From: Phoronis australis
Taxonomy: Eukaryota; Animalia; Phoronida
Assembly (NCBI GenBank): GCA_002633005.1
Contig: NMRA01000421.1
Location: 1-64,000, forward strand
DNA length: 64,000 nt
Direction: 5' to 3'
Made by a program: the position numbers and the translations under genes. Under the pieces are notes generated by a model. The model had not been told where the DNA came from, ran no database searches, and saw only the letters and a list, made by a program, of their open reading frames with translations. Shown here piece after piece: positions 1-11,311 of the stretch. Numbering within the stretch: the first letter of the stretch is position 1; each line of letters opens with the position of its first letter.

Positions 1-61
1 CACTCTGACATAAATCCTATTATTTGGGCAAATACCATTATGGAGCCCTTCATGCTTCATN

Positions 62-234
62 ACGAGAACGTGAAACATCTCCGTGTCCTTGGCCGACATT
101 TCGGCGACTGTGATTTCACTGACGAATCCAGGCTTGCCAAACAGCTCATGCCAGGGCTGAAAAAGCGACCGAGGCTGAAGTCAGATGCTGTGCCTAGTGT
201 GTTTGCGTTCGGCATGCCCACCCCTATATTTTAG
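62..234 (+). pseudogene. THAP zinc-finger domain fragment (transposase N-terminus)
   Basis: Translation ..LRVLGRHFGDCDF...RPRLKSDAVPSVF matches the THAP C-terminal CxxHF...LKxDAVP(S/T)xF signature, with the Cys degenerate. Confidence 0.7.
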
Positions 235-271
235 GCTGGGTGCAAGCATGTTATATAAGCAGTTTGATGAC

Positions 272-680
272 TTACTCGTTCGTCAAGCTTCTCTTTGATC
301 CTCTGGGTGCAGGATGTTTTAGCCAGTTCTTTTTCCCAGCCCTAAAAACGTCGTGAGCAAACTTCTGTTCAGATGCGGTGCAAAATAATGGGGGTAATCC
401 GTGAGACACAGTTCTGCTTCTCCAAGAAGGCGTTTCACATGTGGAATTTAGTATCAACAACAGCAAGCGTCAGTTGTTTCCATTATTGTGCAGTTAGCGC
501 ACTGACACCATGACAAGTCATTGTGACGGTTTTCGGAACTATCCATGCGTTCTATTGTCTGTGCATGTTCACGGCGCTTCTCTAATATTTCTTGATCAGT
601 GTATTCTAGTTTGAACTGATATTCTGCGAAACCTAACAATCAGAAGAGTACTCCTCCAAGTCGGAATTACGAGTTGCCAT
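272..680 (-). pseudogene. KolX / P2X7 C-terminal Cys-rich-like protein remnant, frameshifted
   Basis: ATG at 680, then frameshifted EYQFKLEYTD...LSWCQCANCTIMETTDACCC, resembling the YxFEP...WCxCxxCxxM...CxCC pattern of P2X7-tail-like proteins carried by Kolobok elements. Confidence 0.6.
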
Positions 681-1254
681 GTTGACGTTTATTACTGAGC
701 GTTTAGTTTCAAAATGAATTATTATCACCCTAACCAATACTTATATAAAACGACCCCAAACTCCTGCTACAGACCTTGGTAAACTGGCCTGCCGAACTTT
801 GTAGGCTACGGTGTGTCCAAATACCAATAAATCCGTAACAGCGAAATAAAACAACACGTTTTTGTAAGAACGTGGTGTATTTTTAAGGGTTTTACATCGG
901 ATTTTGATCATTTATTGGTGTTGAACGATAAACTCAAGCGATAACCTGATACCATTAACCCGTGTTGTGACTGACTGCTGAACAGACTGCGTGTGAAACT
1001 TATGACGTTACTGGATAATTTCAACACCTCCGTCTGCCGTCTGGTGTCAGGTAACGCAACCGAACGTGCCGTTATTGGGTATTCGATCTAAATTGATACA
1101 AAATAGGTTGTTTTTTTGGGGGGTGGCACTCTCCTTTAATCCGTCTTGGCAGCTGAAAGCGGCCTTTAGCGATTATTTTTAAATAATCATGCCTAACTTC
1201 CATTGAGCCTGCATTTCACGTACAAGTGTGTATAAAGTAAAATTGCGTTTTCAG

Positions 1255-1419
1255 TTACCTGTACACCATCGACATGGCCGTCTGGTTATCATGTACTGCC
1301 TAATGAGCCCAATTGTTACATCATCTTGAGAGGCGATGGTACAGCAGCAGAACGCAAACGTTGTTGTGAAGGGGGACAGTATTTTAACGTGTCTGAATGC
1401 GCTTGCATTACAAACCAAG
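1255..1419 (+). CDS. Pif/LamG3-like gene, exon A: chitin-binding type-2 (peritrophin-A)-like Cys-rich module
   Basis: tttcAG acceptor, G|GTAAAG donor, 165 bp, phase 1-1. Encodes (V)TCTPSTWPSGYHVLPNEPNCYIILRGDGTAAERKRCCEGGQYFNVSECACITNQ with a C-x-x-G-x-x-F-N-x-x-x-C-x-C motif. Not in the ORF track. The 5' end of the gene is outside the window. Confidence 0.7.
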
Positions 1420-1976
1420 GTAAAGTCTTCTCAGCAACTGATTCAAGGTACAGGGTTGTTAGATAATAAATGTGTACCAAACTGTCGAAGGTTTGCACAC
1501 ATACAGGCCGCTACAAGCATAGTGACACTTGGCAGGTATGTTGCTTTCATAGGACGAGCCTTCAATAATCTGATTTAATGTGAGATAATGCCGGTTGCGC
1601 GATATGCGTGTGCTAATCGATACTGCAGTACCTTCATAGCCTGGCTGCTTGGCATGCCGAACGTTAAAATTCTCCTAAAGGTCATTTAACAACATTACAA
1701 AATTGTGTAAAAAACGACGAAATGTTTCCACACAAATATATGTTACTTTATATTTTATGAATAGTTGTAATTTCGGTACTTGACCCGTGTTTAAAATTAC
1801 GTCAAAACAAATGCCCATTAGGCTACCTTACCTGACTGTCACTGGAACGTTAACGAGAAACTATTGAGAATTATGAAAACATACTTACTTATAAGTCTTT
1901 GACGGACTGGATGTCTTCAGAGCTTAGACTAAAAATAGTCTTCAAGTTGATAACCTGCAAAGGATTTTCTTTATAG

Positions 1977-2237
1977 TTGCCGAGAAATGCATCAAGGTGG
2001 AGATCACCTTTACAGATGATATCGTAGATATTGCCCAAAACAATTACATCGACAGGGGGACCGTTGAAGTCAATGCCGAGGATCGTGGCGTGTTTACTGG
2101 ACTCCCCGGTTCAAGTTTGGAGATTCCATTCTTTAAAAACAAGTTTCCTTACGTCAACGAAATGTCCATCAGTGTTTGGTTTTACAAAACAGGCAGCGGT
2201 GACTTAATGGGCATCATCACTAACGGCGATTGCAACG
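1977..2237 (+). CDS. Pif/LamG3-like gene, exon B: N-terminal part of laminin-G/ConA-like domain
   Basis: ttatAG acceptor, G|GTAATA donor, 261 bp, phase 1-1. Encodes ..KCIKVEITFTDD..SSLEIPFFKN..MSISVWFYKT..GIITNGDCN. Confidence 0.85.
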
Positions 2238-2460
2238 GTAATAAATGGATCTGATTTTCTTCAATTTATGTTGATGATGTTTAGTTGATGGATCTATCTA
2301 ATCAGATTGAGCTAAATACTTGATGACAGGGATTACAAAAAGTGGTACGGGTAGGACATTGCTCAGTCAACTATAATAGGACGATAGTCAAACCATTTGT
2401 AGAAGACATATGCTTAAGATGCGTTCATAGATGGACTGTATTTGAATTTTTATGTTTCAG

Positions 2461-2564
2461 AAACGGGTTCCGTAAACATATGGATTCAAGGCGACAACGT
2501 TTTCGGCGGTGTTCTCACTGGCACGGCGACGAGTGTAAAAGAAACTATGATAAAATCGTCTGTC
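2461..2564 (+). CDS. Pif/LamG3-like gene, exon C
   Basis: tttcAG acceptor, GTAAGT donor, 104 bp, phase 1-0. Encodes ETGSVNIWIQGDNVFGGVLTGTATSVKETMIKSSV, in frame with both neighbours. Confidence 0.8.
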
Positions 2565-2797
2565 GTAAGTTTGCGTGGTGTTGCAATCAAACCATTTGTC
2601 TGTTCCCAGATAATTGAAATTAAAATAACCTTAAATCCTAAACCAATGCTAAGAAAAGACCAATGGGTTTATTTGTGAAAATTACTAAAGTTAAGTTGAT
2701 GACAAATAGTCGCCAGGTTCATAAATTTACAATCATTTGAAGGGGTTTGCTGAAAGTAAGACTACATTAATTTAATTGTATAAACATGCACCTGCAA

Positions 2798-3090
2798 TCA
2801 TCGTTGCCGTTGGCGTTGTCACCATCACCATTGTCACAACCACCAGCATCACGATATTAATCAACATCATCATCACCATTGTCGTCATCTTCACCATCAT
2901 TAAAATAATCGGCATAATACTCATCATTTCCCAATCATTACCATCATGGTCACCAGAATCATAATCATTATCATCATCATCACCATTACTATTAAAATAA
3001 TCGTCACCTTCATCATTATAACCACCATCACAGTCAACACCACCACCATTGATACTACCGGTATCAACACCGTTACCACAATTACTATCA
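2798..3090. repeat. Degenerate (ATC/ACC)n trinucleotide microsatellite
   Basis: Runs of atc/acc/att triplets in intron 3. Confidence 0.85.
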
Positions 3091-3138
3091 TTGACTTATT
3101 ATTTTAGTTATTGGGTTTACTTCGGGAACAATTTTCCG

Positions 3139-5629
3139 ATATGCAAAATTGGTTGAATACACGTCACTTGTCGTCATTAGTTTATTTATTCCGTTCCGCT
3201 CGTATCTTAGGAACAAAGATACACACTCAACAGAACATTGGTAAAGCAACTGACCAAGCGATATGATGAAAAGGCCCACAAAATTTCGAAAAAGTTTCAT
3301 TCTCAAGTGGAAATAAAATGACATAGCAAAACCTGGAAGCTTACACAGTGGGACACTGCAGGTGTGAAATAGTGCAAGGAATGGCAAAAGAAGGGAAAGT
3401 CAGGCAAGCAAGTGTAGCGTGCGGCGCCACCCTGTTTGCTGCCTTTACTGAAAGCAGGCTTCTCGAGTGCAATCAAAGGAACTCAAATGCTTTCAATCGC
3501 AGCACATCGTGCTCTGCGTACCGTCGGATGATTTTGCGTTGATGACACTGCAGAAAATGCTCTTGGATGGCGCCTTTTTGAAGATGCATAGATAACCAAC
3601 GGATAGACAGTAAACCGTTTGACTAATGTAAAATTGCTTGACATTTGAACAGATATTCGTTCATACGGCGTACAACTCATAAACAGCACTATACCGGGCA
3701 TCGGGGTGGACTTTTGATTTAGAAAAGTTATGCTACTTTTCGAGACAGAGTTGGAGGACTTCCTATTCCAATAATAATGACATCGAGGTAATCGTCGGGC
3801 TTACAAACTTTAACATTATCCCTATTCATGTTTGAAATCAATTGTGAATTCGCTGCACGTCGGACCGGCGTGACCAAAAATGTAATTTTTACAAAAATGT
3901 TATGTCCAATAATTACCTCCATGGCTAACACGCCATTAAGAAAATTATTAGGGATAATGTTACTGTTTCTAAGCCAGATTATTACCTCGAATTATCATTA
4001 TTTATTATCGGAATATGAAGTCATCCAACTTCGTCGTGAAAAAATAACACTAAAGTCCGCCCCGTTGCAAGGTGCAGTGTTGCTTATGAGTTCGTACGTC
4101 CTACGAACGAATGTCCTTGTCGTCGGAATGTCTAGCAATGTTGCATTGGTCAAACGGTTTGCTGGCTTTCCTGTCGGTTACAGTGTATAATTATATACAT
4201 CTTCAAAATGACGCAATCCAAGAACATTTTCTCCAATGACATAAACTTAATGAGATTTATGGCACTCTGACATAAATCCTATTATTTGGGCAAATACCAT
4301 TATGGAGCCCTTCATGCTTCATATCCAACTGCTGGTTAGTTTCTACCAAGTCCGACGGTTGCGCTGTTTGTTCTTTCTCTCCAGCTTCCTGTTGGCCCAG
4401 CCTCAAGCAACAGTACATTCACTCGTAAGTGTTCCTAATTAGACAAGTTTATACCTCTCCCGCCCTCCCTACCCGGGGTACCACAAAATTTCACGTCAAC
4501 CGTTTTCTACCTTTACCACGCTCCACCCCTTTTGCCGAACAAAATCTGCTGTTGGTTATTGTTGTTTTTACAGCCACTGCTGGTACCTTCTTCAAGCCCG
4601 GAGCGTGTTACCGTCAGGCAAGAACCGACGTCATTGGCTAGCGACCAGACCTGTACTTGAGCGTCCATTACTGCAGCTTGCTTCTCTCTACCCCGGTCAC
4701 AGCTCTCGGCACATACTGAGCCACAACACCACGTTTCTTACAATATCTCTTTTTATCTCTCCGGCTGGTCTGCTCACTCAGCTTGTCCGGAACCTGCTTT
4801 GCAGGTTGTTATAGCCCAGTTGGCTGTTTGGTGTACCCACTTGGTACTTTATATGATATTTGCCCATTTGGCAGTTTGTACCCACTTGGTACTTGTTATT
4901 GAATTTGCCGCTTTGCTCGACCCAGTTGGTAGGCAATCGGCCAATACCCATTTGGTATTATGTACCCATTTGGTATTATGCTAACCTGTGCCACTTAGTA
5001 TCCGATACTCAGTTACACTTTGGGTATCGGTAATGTGTGTGTTATCTCTTGTAATTAAGGAACCCATCTGGTTCCTTCTGTGAAATATTTATTTGTAGAG
5101 CTGTGACCCTGAAATCGCCAATACAACTTAAAATATTTATTATTCTTGTTGTTTTATTTGTCCCCAATAAAATCACCCGTAAAGAAAATTGCGGAGAACA
5201 CGTCAATTCGGTACGTAGAGCACGGTGTGCTGCGATTGAAAGCATTGGAGTCCCATTTGATTACGTTCGAGAAGCCTGTTTTGCGAATGAGCAGCAAACA
5301 GGGTCGCACCGCACGTTACACTTGGTTGCATAACCTTCCTGTTAACCCTCTTCATTTGTCATTCTTACAGTATTTCACACATGCCTTGTCCCACTGGGTA
5401 TGTCTCCAACTTTTGCTCTGTGGGGGCATTAATGCGTCATTTTATTTCCACTTCAGAATGAAACAAGTATGTTTCGAAATATCGTGTATATTTTGATCAT
5501 GTCTTTTGGTCAGTTGCTTTACCAATGTTCTGTTGAGTGTCGAACTTTGTTCCAAGGATACGAATGGAACGGAATAAAGGTTGTTAACAGCGACAATTAA
5601 GTGTCTTGTATTCAACCAATTTTGCATAT
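3139..5629. mobile_element. Foldback-like element with long diverged inverted arms, in intron 3
   Basis: 3139-~3530 is the reverse complement of ~5210-5629, and ~3550-3715 of ~4050-4245. The right arm is interrupted by ~0.9 kb of unrelated sequence. Confidence 0.65.
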
Positions 5630-5705
5630 TTTAGTTAACACTACTTTGTCATGTTCAAATTATTTTTTATAATTGTTGTCACATACTGGTAATCATTTAT
5701 TGTAG

Positions 5706-5918
5706 GTTGATGTGCTCAACAAGTGGCACCATGCTGTCCTCACATTCAGAAAACTGTCCTCGTCCTCATCTGAGTATCATCTGTATATAAACGGTGCCCT
5801 GCAGGGAAGGAGGACAGGCGATGGCAACATACTCCAGTCATTTTCCCCACTTATCATGGCACGCCAGTTCTGTTACGGTGGTGTGACAACCGGTAGATTC
5901 GTTGGCCAAATGGATAAT
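5706..5918 (+). CDS. Pif/LamG3-like gene, exon D: LamG core
   Basis: tgtAG acceptor, GTAAGT donor, 213 bp, phase 0-0. Encodes NKWHHAVLTF..LYINGALQG..FVGQMDN, classic LamG_3 motifs. Confidence 0.85.
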
Positions 5919-6405
5919 GTAAGTTAGCAGATCTGCAAGTTACGCCTTCGATCACTGTTTCCATCTGAGCCTATTCGTGCGTTTAGGCCTACATCAAAAC
6001 GAAACAGTCGAACGACACTACGGGCAGGTTTTGATATGTTGGTAATCCAGTATCTTAGTGAGGTTGGCGATGTTATGTACTCATGCTAATGAAAGACTAA
6101 ATCTAATAGGGGTTTCGCGAATAAGCTCTTTTACTAAAGCTAATGCACAAGAATTGCAGCCCATAAAATGATTGCATGGTAACCATGGGAAGTTGCATTA
6201 TGGGAAAAAATATATATACGAAAACTCTTTCCGCTGCACCGCACTAAACCTAGATCTCACAACAAGTGTTTAACAAGTGACTAGCATTACTAAGCGCATT
6301 TCAGATCATTTTTTAGTGAAACGTGGCGAGGTCTCTGTCGTACTGTCTGTCTTACACTCATCATTAGCTAATAGATGGCATTAAAAGAACGATTTCATCT
6401 TGCAG

Positions 6406-6486
6406 TTCCGGTATTACGAGTGTTACCTGACCGGCGATGAAGTGATGGACCTTTACCAATATCAGCTTCCAGATGTGTCACGATAA
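6406..6486 (+). CDS. Pif/LamG3-like gene, terminal exon
   Basis: ttgcAG acceptor. Encodes FRYYECYLTGDEVMDLYQYQLPDVSR* (LamG end motif xRxYxxxLTxxEVxxLY), stop TAA 6484-6486. Confidence 0.8.
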   Translation, partial: FRYYECYLTGDEVMDLYQYQLPDVSR

Positions 6487-6896
6487 GATTATTGGAATCA
6501 AAGTTAATTTTCTTACACAGACAAGGAGTCAAGGAGTGTACATTCCTTGGTATAGCCTCTAGGTAGCGTCAGGCAATGAAATAATTGTTCCTATTTTTTC
6601 TGGAATTGTAAGAAAACAACAATATAATGTGTCTTTTTGCTGCTACTAGTCGTTCTACTTCAGTAAGACATATACAGTAATTTGTGCATTGAGGGCCTCA
6701 TGCCAAATAGTACCTCGACAAAGAGTACAGTATACCTGTTTTAGTTGTGTTTGAATGTTCTGGCAGCACAATGTCCTTATGTGAAAACAGTACCGTTCTT
6801 ATTAGGCCTTTCGTTGTTTTGTTTGTTGGATTTAAAACCAAGAATCGCATTATTCTTAGAAAAAGCATAAGCTCTGAACTTAATTTTTCCGATTAA

Positions 6897-7562
6897 AAGC
6901 ACTGGGCGTATAATTTGCGATTAAAAAACGTCGGCTCTAGTTATCACGGAAAACCACAGGCACAGTTTGTGACCTATTTACCAATGTTTAATACAATTGG
7001 TTGCTGGTGAAAGGACTTTCTGTCTCTTACTGTATCTTTCGAAAAAGTACGTGTTTGCCAAAAACGCATTCTCGCGTATTACCGCAGGAATGACACTCTG
7101 TTGTCAATGGAGTATTTAGAAAACGGAATATTTTTGTGCAGGAGTTTTTTCGGCTAAAATTGACTCTTTTGTAGGGAATTAAATCAATGAATTCGTAGGA
7201 TTTTGGACGGAACATTAACCCTTTCAGAAGTCTGGCCAAAAAAAACTTATATGAAACGCATATCCCGCATACTTCTTCCGTGGTAGTTATGTACTCCGGG
7301 GTTTAGCGCCTTCAAGTGTGTTAATGAGTGAGGAATAGATAATAGGCGTGAAAAGCATGTTGTTTACCGTTATCAGTGTCTCTGAAAAGAAAAGAGCATC
7401 CCAACGCAGTTTGTGAGATGACGTCAGTAGACCATGGGATGTAAAAGAACATTTTTAGTACTTTCACCTGGCAATTTATTTTTATCTTCCATGGCTTTTT
7501 CTAATAGAAACTCCCTACGTTTTTATAAAACATTTTCAGAAAAAAAAACATATACACTGCCT
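6897..7562. mobile_element. Possible non-autonomous Kolobok-like element
   Basis: TTAA|AAGCACTG.. at left and ..TACACTGCCT|TTAA at right; the TIR match is short and imperfect. Confidence 0.3.
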
Positions 7563-8823
7563 TTAAAGATACTCTTTTCGCTTACTAAAAAAAGTACGTA
7601 ATAAATTGAATTACAACGGAAGTTAATCCAGTTGAAACATACGCTCAAATAATGCACAACACAATTTCAAATCTTTTCAAAGTTAACGGAATTTTATAGC
7701 CACTGCTTAATCTAAATTTCATCCCGAATTCTGAAAGGGTGAATGTAAAGGATATTAAGGTATCTGTTAAAATAGTTCAGTCATGTTATTAAATATTTTC
7801 AACTTCAATCTGACTGTGAAGACAAATAAACGCCTTTGCATTCAAAACGTTTAACATCATTGTTACTTGTCGGAGTGTTTCCATGCAGTTAATTTAATCA
7901 AATCGCTGAGGATTTAATCAGTAAAGTGCAGACTAAAATAATGAAAATTCAAAATTGATACGTAAGCCCTGATGGTTTGGCTCATTTGCACAGATTTTTC
8001 CACAAATGAACCCGAAAGTGTAAATATTTAATTTGTTTACGATCAGTGTGATGGCAATTTATTGATTCTGGCCGGTCATAAGAAAATAGAATTCAAATCT
8101 CAATGCGATGTGTGTGTGTGTGCGTGTGCGTGTGGTCTCCTTAATCTTGGAAAATTGCAACTTTCCGGCGGATTACATTACATTGTAAACGCATTCTTTC
8201 TCTGGTTGAGACTAATCTGGACATATCGTAGTGCTTAAAGCAGTATTTGGATTGAAATTTTCAGCGTTTTTGTAAAATGCTTCGAATTTTATGTAACCTG
8301 TTTCATACAAAATATTGGAATGCTCGAGGTTTCCATGAGACAACTTCTCCGCTAACATTTAGAGTTTTGTTACCCCAACGCCAGACGCTTTTACACGAGA
8401 GACAGTTGTCACCTTTTCAGTGGTCACGGCGCGACTTGCTCCACTTTAGTCGCGCATGCTCTCATAAACAATAGCGAATGTTCAAACCACATGGAAAGCC
8501 ATCTGATCACCCGAATACACATCTTTGCGCAAGCGCATTGAAAGATGGTCCATTTCTTTCCTACCCCAATTGTGTTTAGACCGCAGTTGACACTGGGGTA
8601 ACTGATCGAGTGTAATGCGCTCTACCTATCAAACTGGTGTCAAAACCTGGCCCCCACGGTATCACTCGCTCCGTATCAGTCGTGTTTACACACACACTTG
8701 CACTGGAGCAGGTGTTCCTTTTTAGTTTGTCCGGGTCAGCTGTCTCTCGTGTAAACGCAACTGCATTGAGCTTCAGCAACACTGTGACTAACCCGTCCTA
8801 ATCAATTCACAAATTAATGGTCG

Positions 8824-9385
8824 TGGCTTAGCGCAGACGTTGAAGAAAACTTATTCGCTAAATTATCTAATTATCTTATAATGCATCGATTTAAAATTCA
8901 AAGGCGGCTATTTACTTTTCAATTTTTAAACCAGTCGTATTTGTCGTTTGCCTTCCTTATGGTTCGTTTTTTTTACTTTGAAACTCGTACGCTTACCAGG
9001 TGCGTTGGCTTACAACCGCAATACACGTTCAGCCAAGCCAATGAATAGCGACTAGCTCACTTCAATCCGTGGTGGCGAAAGGGTTTGATGTGCCTAGGAA
9101 TTCGAAGGATACTATGTGGTAAACCATACTCGCTTACTCGTCCACTTGCTTGCAAATCCTATTCGCCATAAGATTTGACTAATGTGTGGCTAAGCCGCGA
9201 TGCTGAAGAAAATCTATTCGCTAATTTCTTTTATAATGCATCGATTATAAAAATTCAAAGATGGACACTATTTTCTTTGTAATTTTAAAAACAATCATGT
9301 TTGTCGTTTGCCTTACTCAGTGTTTTTTTCTGTTTTACTTTGAAACTCGTACACTAAATAGGCGTGTTGGTTTGAGACCGGCAAT
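8824..9385 (+). repeat. Two diverged tandem copies of a ~200-bp interspersed repeat
   Basis: ~8824-9020 resembles ~9186-9385 (ATAATGCATCGATT..ATTCAAAG..ACTTTGAAACTCGT). A further copy is split around 33215-35116. Confidence 0.7.
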
Positions 9386-11000
9386 TAGCACATTTAACCC
9401 GTCTAAGTTTGGCAGAGTCTGGGAGAGGTCTGTCGTAGTCTGTCTCTTTAAAAATTGTTGGTACACGTATCTTTAAAATGCACCACAGCAATTCCATCTT
9501 GGTTCTTGCGAATCTTCTGCTGCATTAGGCAAATAGCATCTAGTAATAGTTTTCGCAGGGGAAAACTAGATGAGATACGCGTTGTGTAATGCAAGATTCT
9601 CATCTGAAAAGTAGTCTGTCCCGAGCACACTCTAAGAATGCAGTATTACAACAAATGCTCAAATTTTACTTGGTGTAAAATTTTCTGGTGCTTGTTTTCT
9701 ACAAGTTACATAGTTATAACAGCAACAAGTTGCACTGAGTCTCCGCAAAGATTAGTTCACAAGACAAAATTGTCAAAATTTAAAAAGGATTAGCAAGAAT
9801 AACTAAGCCTTCACACACGCCATATATGTTCGTCAAATCACTGGTGACCTGATCTATGGTTAAGAATGACAAGTTCTCTGTTCCGAGTGCGTTCGTACCC
9901 GATACTTTCTGCGAATCTTCTATCAGCAAAACTCACAAGTTCGAATCTTAGTCCACATGGGGGGTAGGGCAGGATTTTGCCCGTTGCCATGGCCCCCTTG
10001 CAACCCTCCCCCCGTAAATCCGCAACTGGACAATTCCAGACTAACTGTGGGTCACGTCGGTGATGTAATCAACATATAGTTTGTGCGTATACTTATAATT
10101 CTTTGCTTACGTGTACGTGTACGATATCAACGCACCGATTTATAGCAACACAATTATGTTAGAAAGCGATGTTCAATGATCAAGGGAAAGTACATGAGAT
10201 CCTAGACAAACATACTAATTTGACGAAAATCGAACAGTCATATGTCGAAGGTGGCTGATCGGATTCATGTAACACTTTTAAGTACTGCACTTTAAGCACC
10301 CTTCCCCATCACGCTTTAGGGATTATTTCTTTGACATGAGGAGCTAGCCTTCAACAATTTCATGAAAAAGTCAAACGCTGCATAAAACGAAAATGGGTGA
10401 CTTCGAAAACAGTATCAGCGTTTTTTGAGGCTACCTGTTTGTGTTTGCAGACCTAGCTTTTGAGCCTTCCCTGGTCCCTTCGTCGGGTTACTAGCGGGAT
10501 TCTTCGTGTCACCAGGAAGAGATAATCATGGTTATCTCTTCCTGGTGACAAATAGTCACCAATGGGTGGTTGTTGTCCAATACCACGTACCTGCTGGCTG
10601 TTACCTAGTTGTCAATGGTAAATAGATGATGATTCATATCCACTGTCTCTGTTCAATTTTGGTTTGTTGCTCATGATTCCAGCCGGTCGCCGATAAGTAC
10701 CCTATCATAAATGGGCGGCGCACCCTATAGGGGGCTGGAGGCTATAGCCCCCCACTTTTTTCAGTGCTGTCAAAATTAGCCATTAACAGACTTGTTTTGC
10801 CGTTAGGAGATCATACCTTCCAAGTCTGAAATTGCAACCCATGTCTATTACATGGGCGGCGCACTGAGAAGCGAAAAGTGGGAGGCTAAAGCCTCCACAG
10901 CCCCCCTCCCTGTGGTGCATCGCCTATAGACCATGGGCAGTGCAGCACTGAAAAACGTGAGGGTATAGCCCCCCAGATCCCTACGGTGCGCCACTCATGC

Positions 11001-11311
11001 CAGTGGCGGATTTATAGGGGGCAAGGGGGCCATGGCCCCCTTAAAATTCTACCAGATACCATATGGCAGTTCGGGTGCAAATTGCTGACTAGCACATGCC
11101 CGCAACCAGGGGGGCTCAGGGGGTGAATAAACAATGCATAGGCCCTGAACAAACCCCGTTTACTTTTTTTTAGTCAGAAGGTCCGCAAACCCAAAAATTC
11201 GAGACCTCCTGCATCCCTACATTTTAGGCTGGGTGCGCGCATCTCTAGTGCCGAAATTATCGTGATTCCTGTGCCCTGGCCCCCTAACTCAAAATCCTGG
11301 ATCCAATCCTG
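11001..11311 (+). mobile_element. hAT-like MITE with 5-bp TSD
   Basis: Ends CAGTGGCGGATT..GGATCCAATCCTG, flanked by CATGC on both sides (10996-11000, 11312-11316). Inverted copy at 12599-12915. Confidence 0.75.

Larger units (their letters stand above)
62..1135. mobile_element. Internally deleted Kolobok-type DNA transposon, right end (THAP remnant + convergent KolX remnant)
   Basis: Ends ...GGGTGGCACTCTCCT|TTAA (TTAA 1136-1139), i.e. TTAA|AGG... on the minus strand, typical of Kolobok termini. Carries a THAP fragment (+) facing a P2X7-C-terminus-like Cys-rich fragment (-). Bases ~750-1135 recur inverted at 22212-22595. The left end is cut off by the N at 61. Confidence 0.7.

Noticed and set aside
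2776-2964. Hydrophobic I/T/V-rich 62-aa ORF resembling a membrane peptide
   Set aside because: It is the translation of an intronic ATC/ACC microsatellite.
4810-5030. CRISPR-like repeat-spacer array
   Set aside because: Repeats are only ~9-13 bp, degenerate and irregularly spaced, in eukaryotic context with no cas genes.
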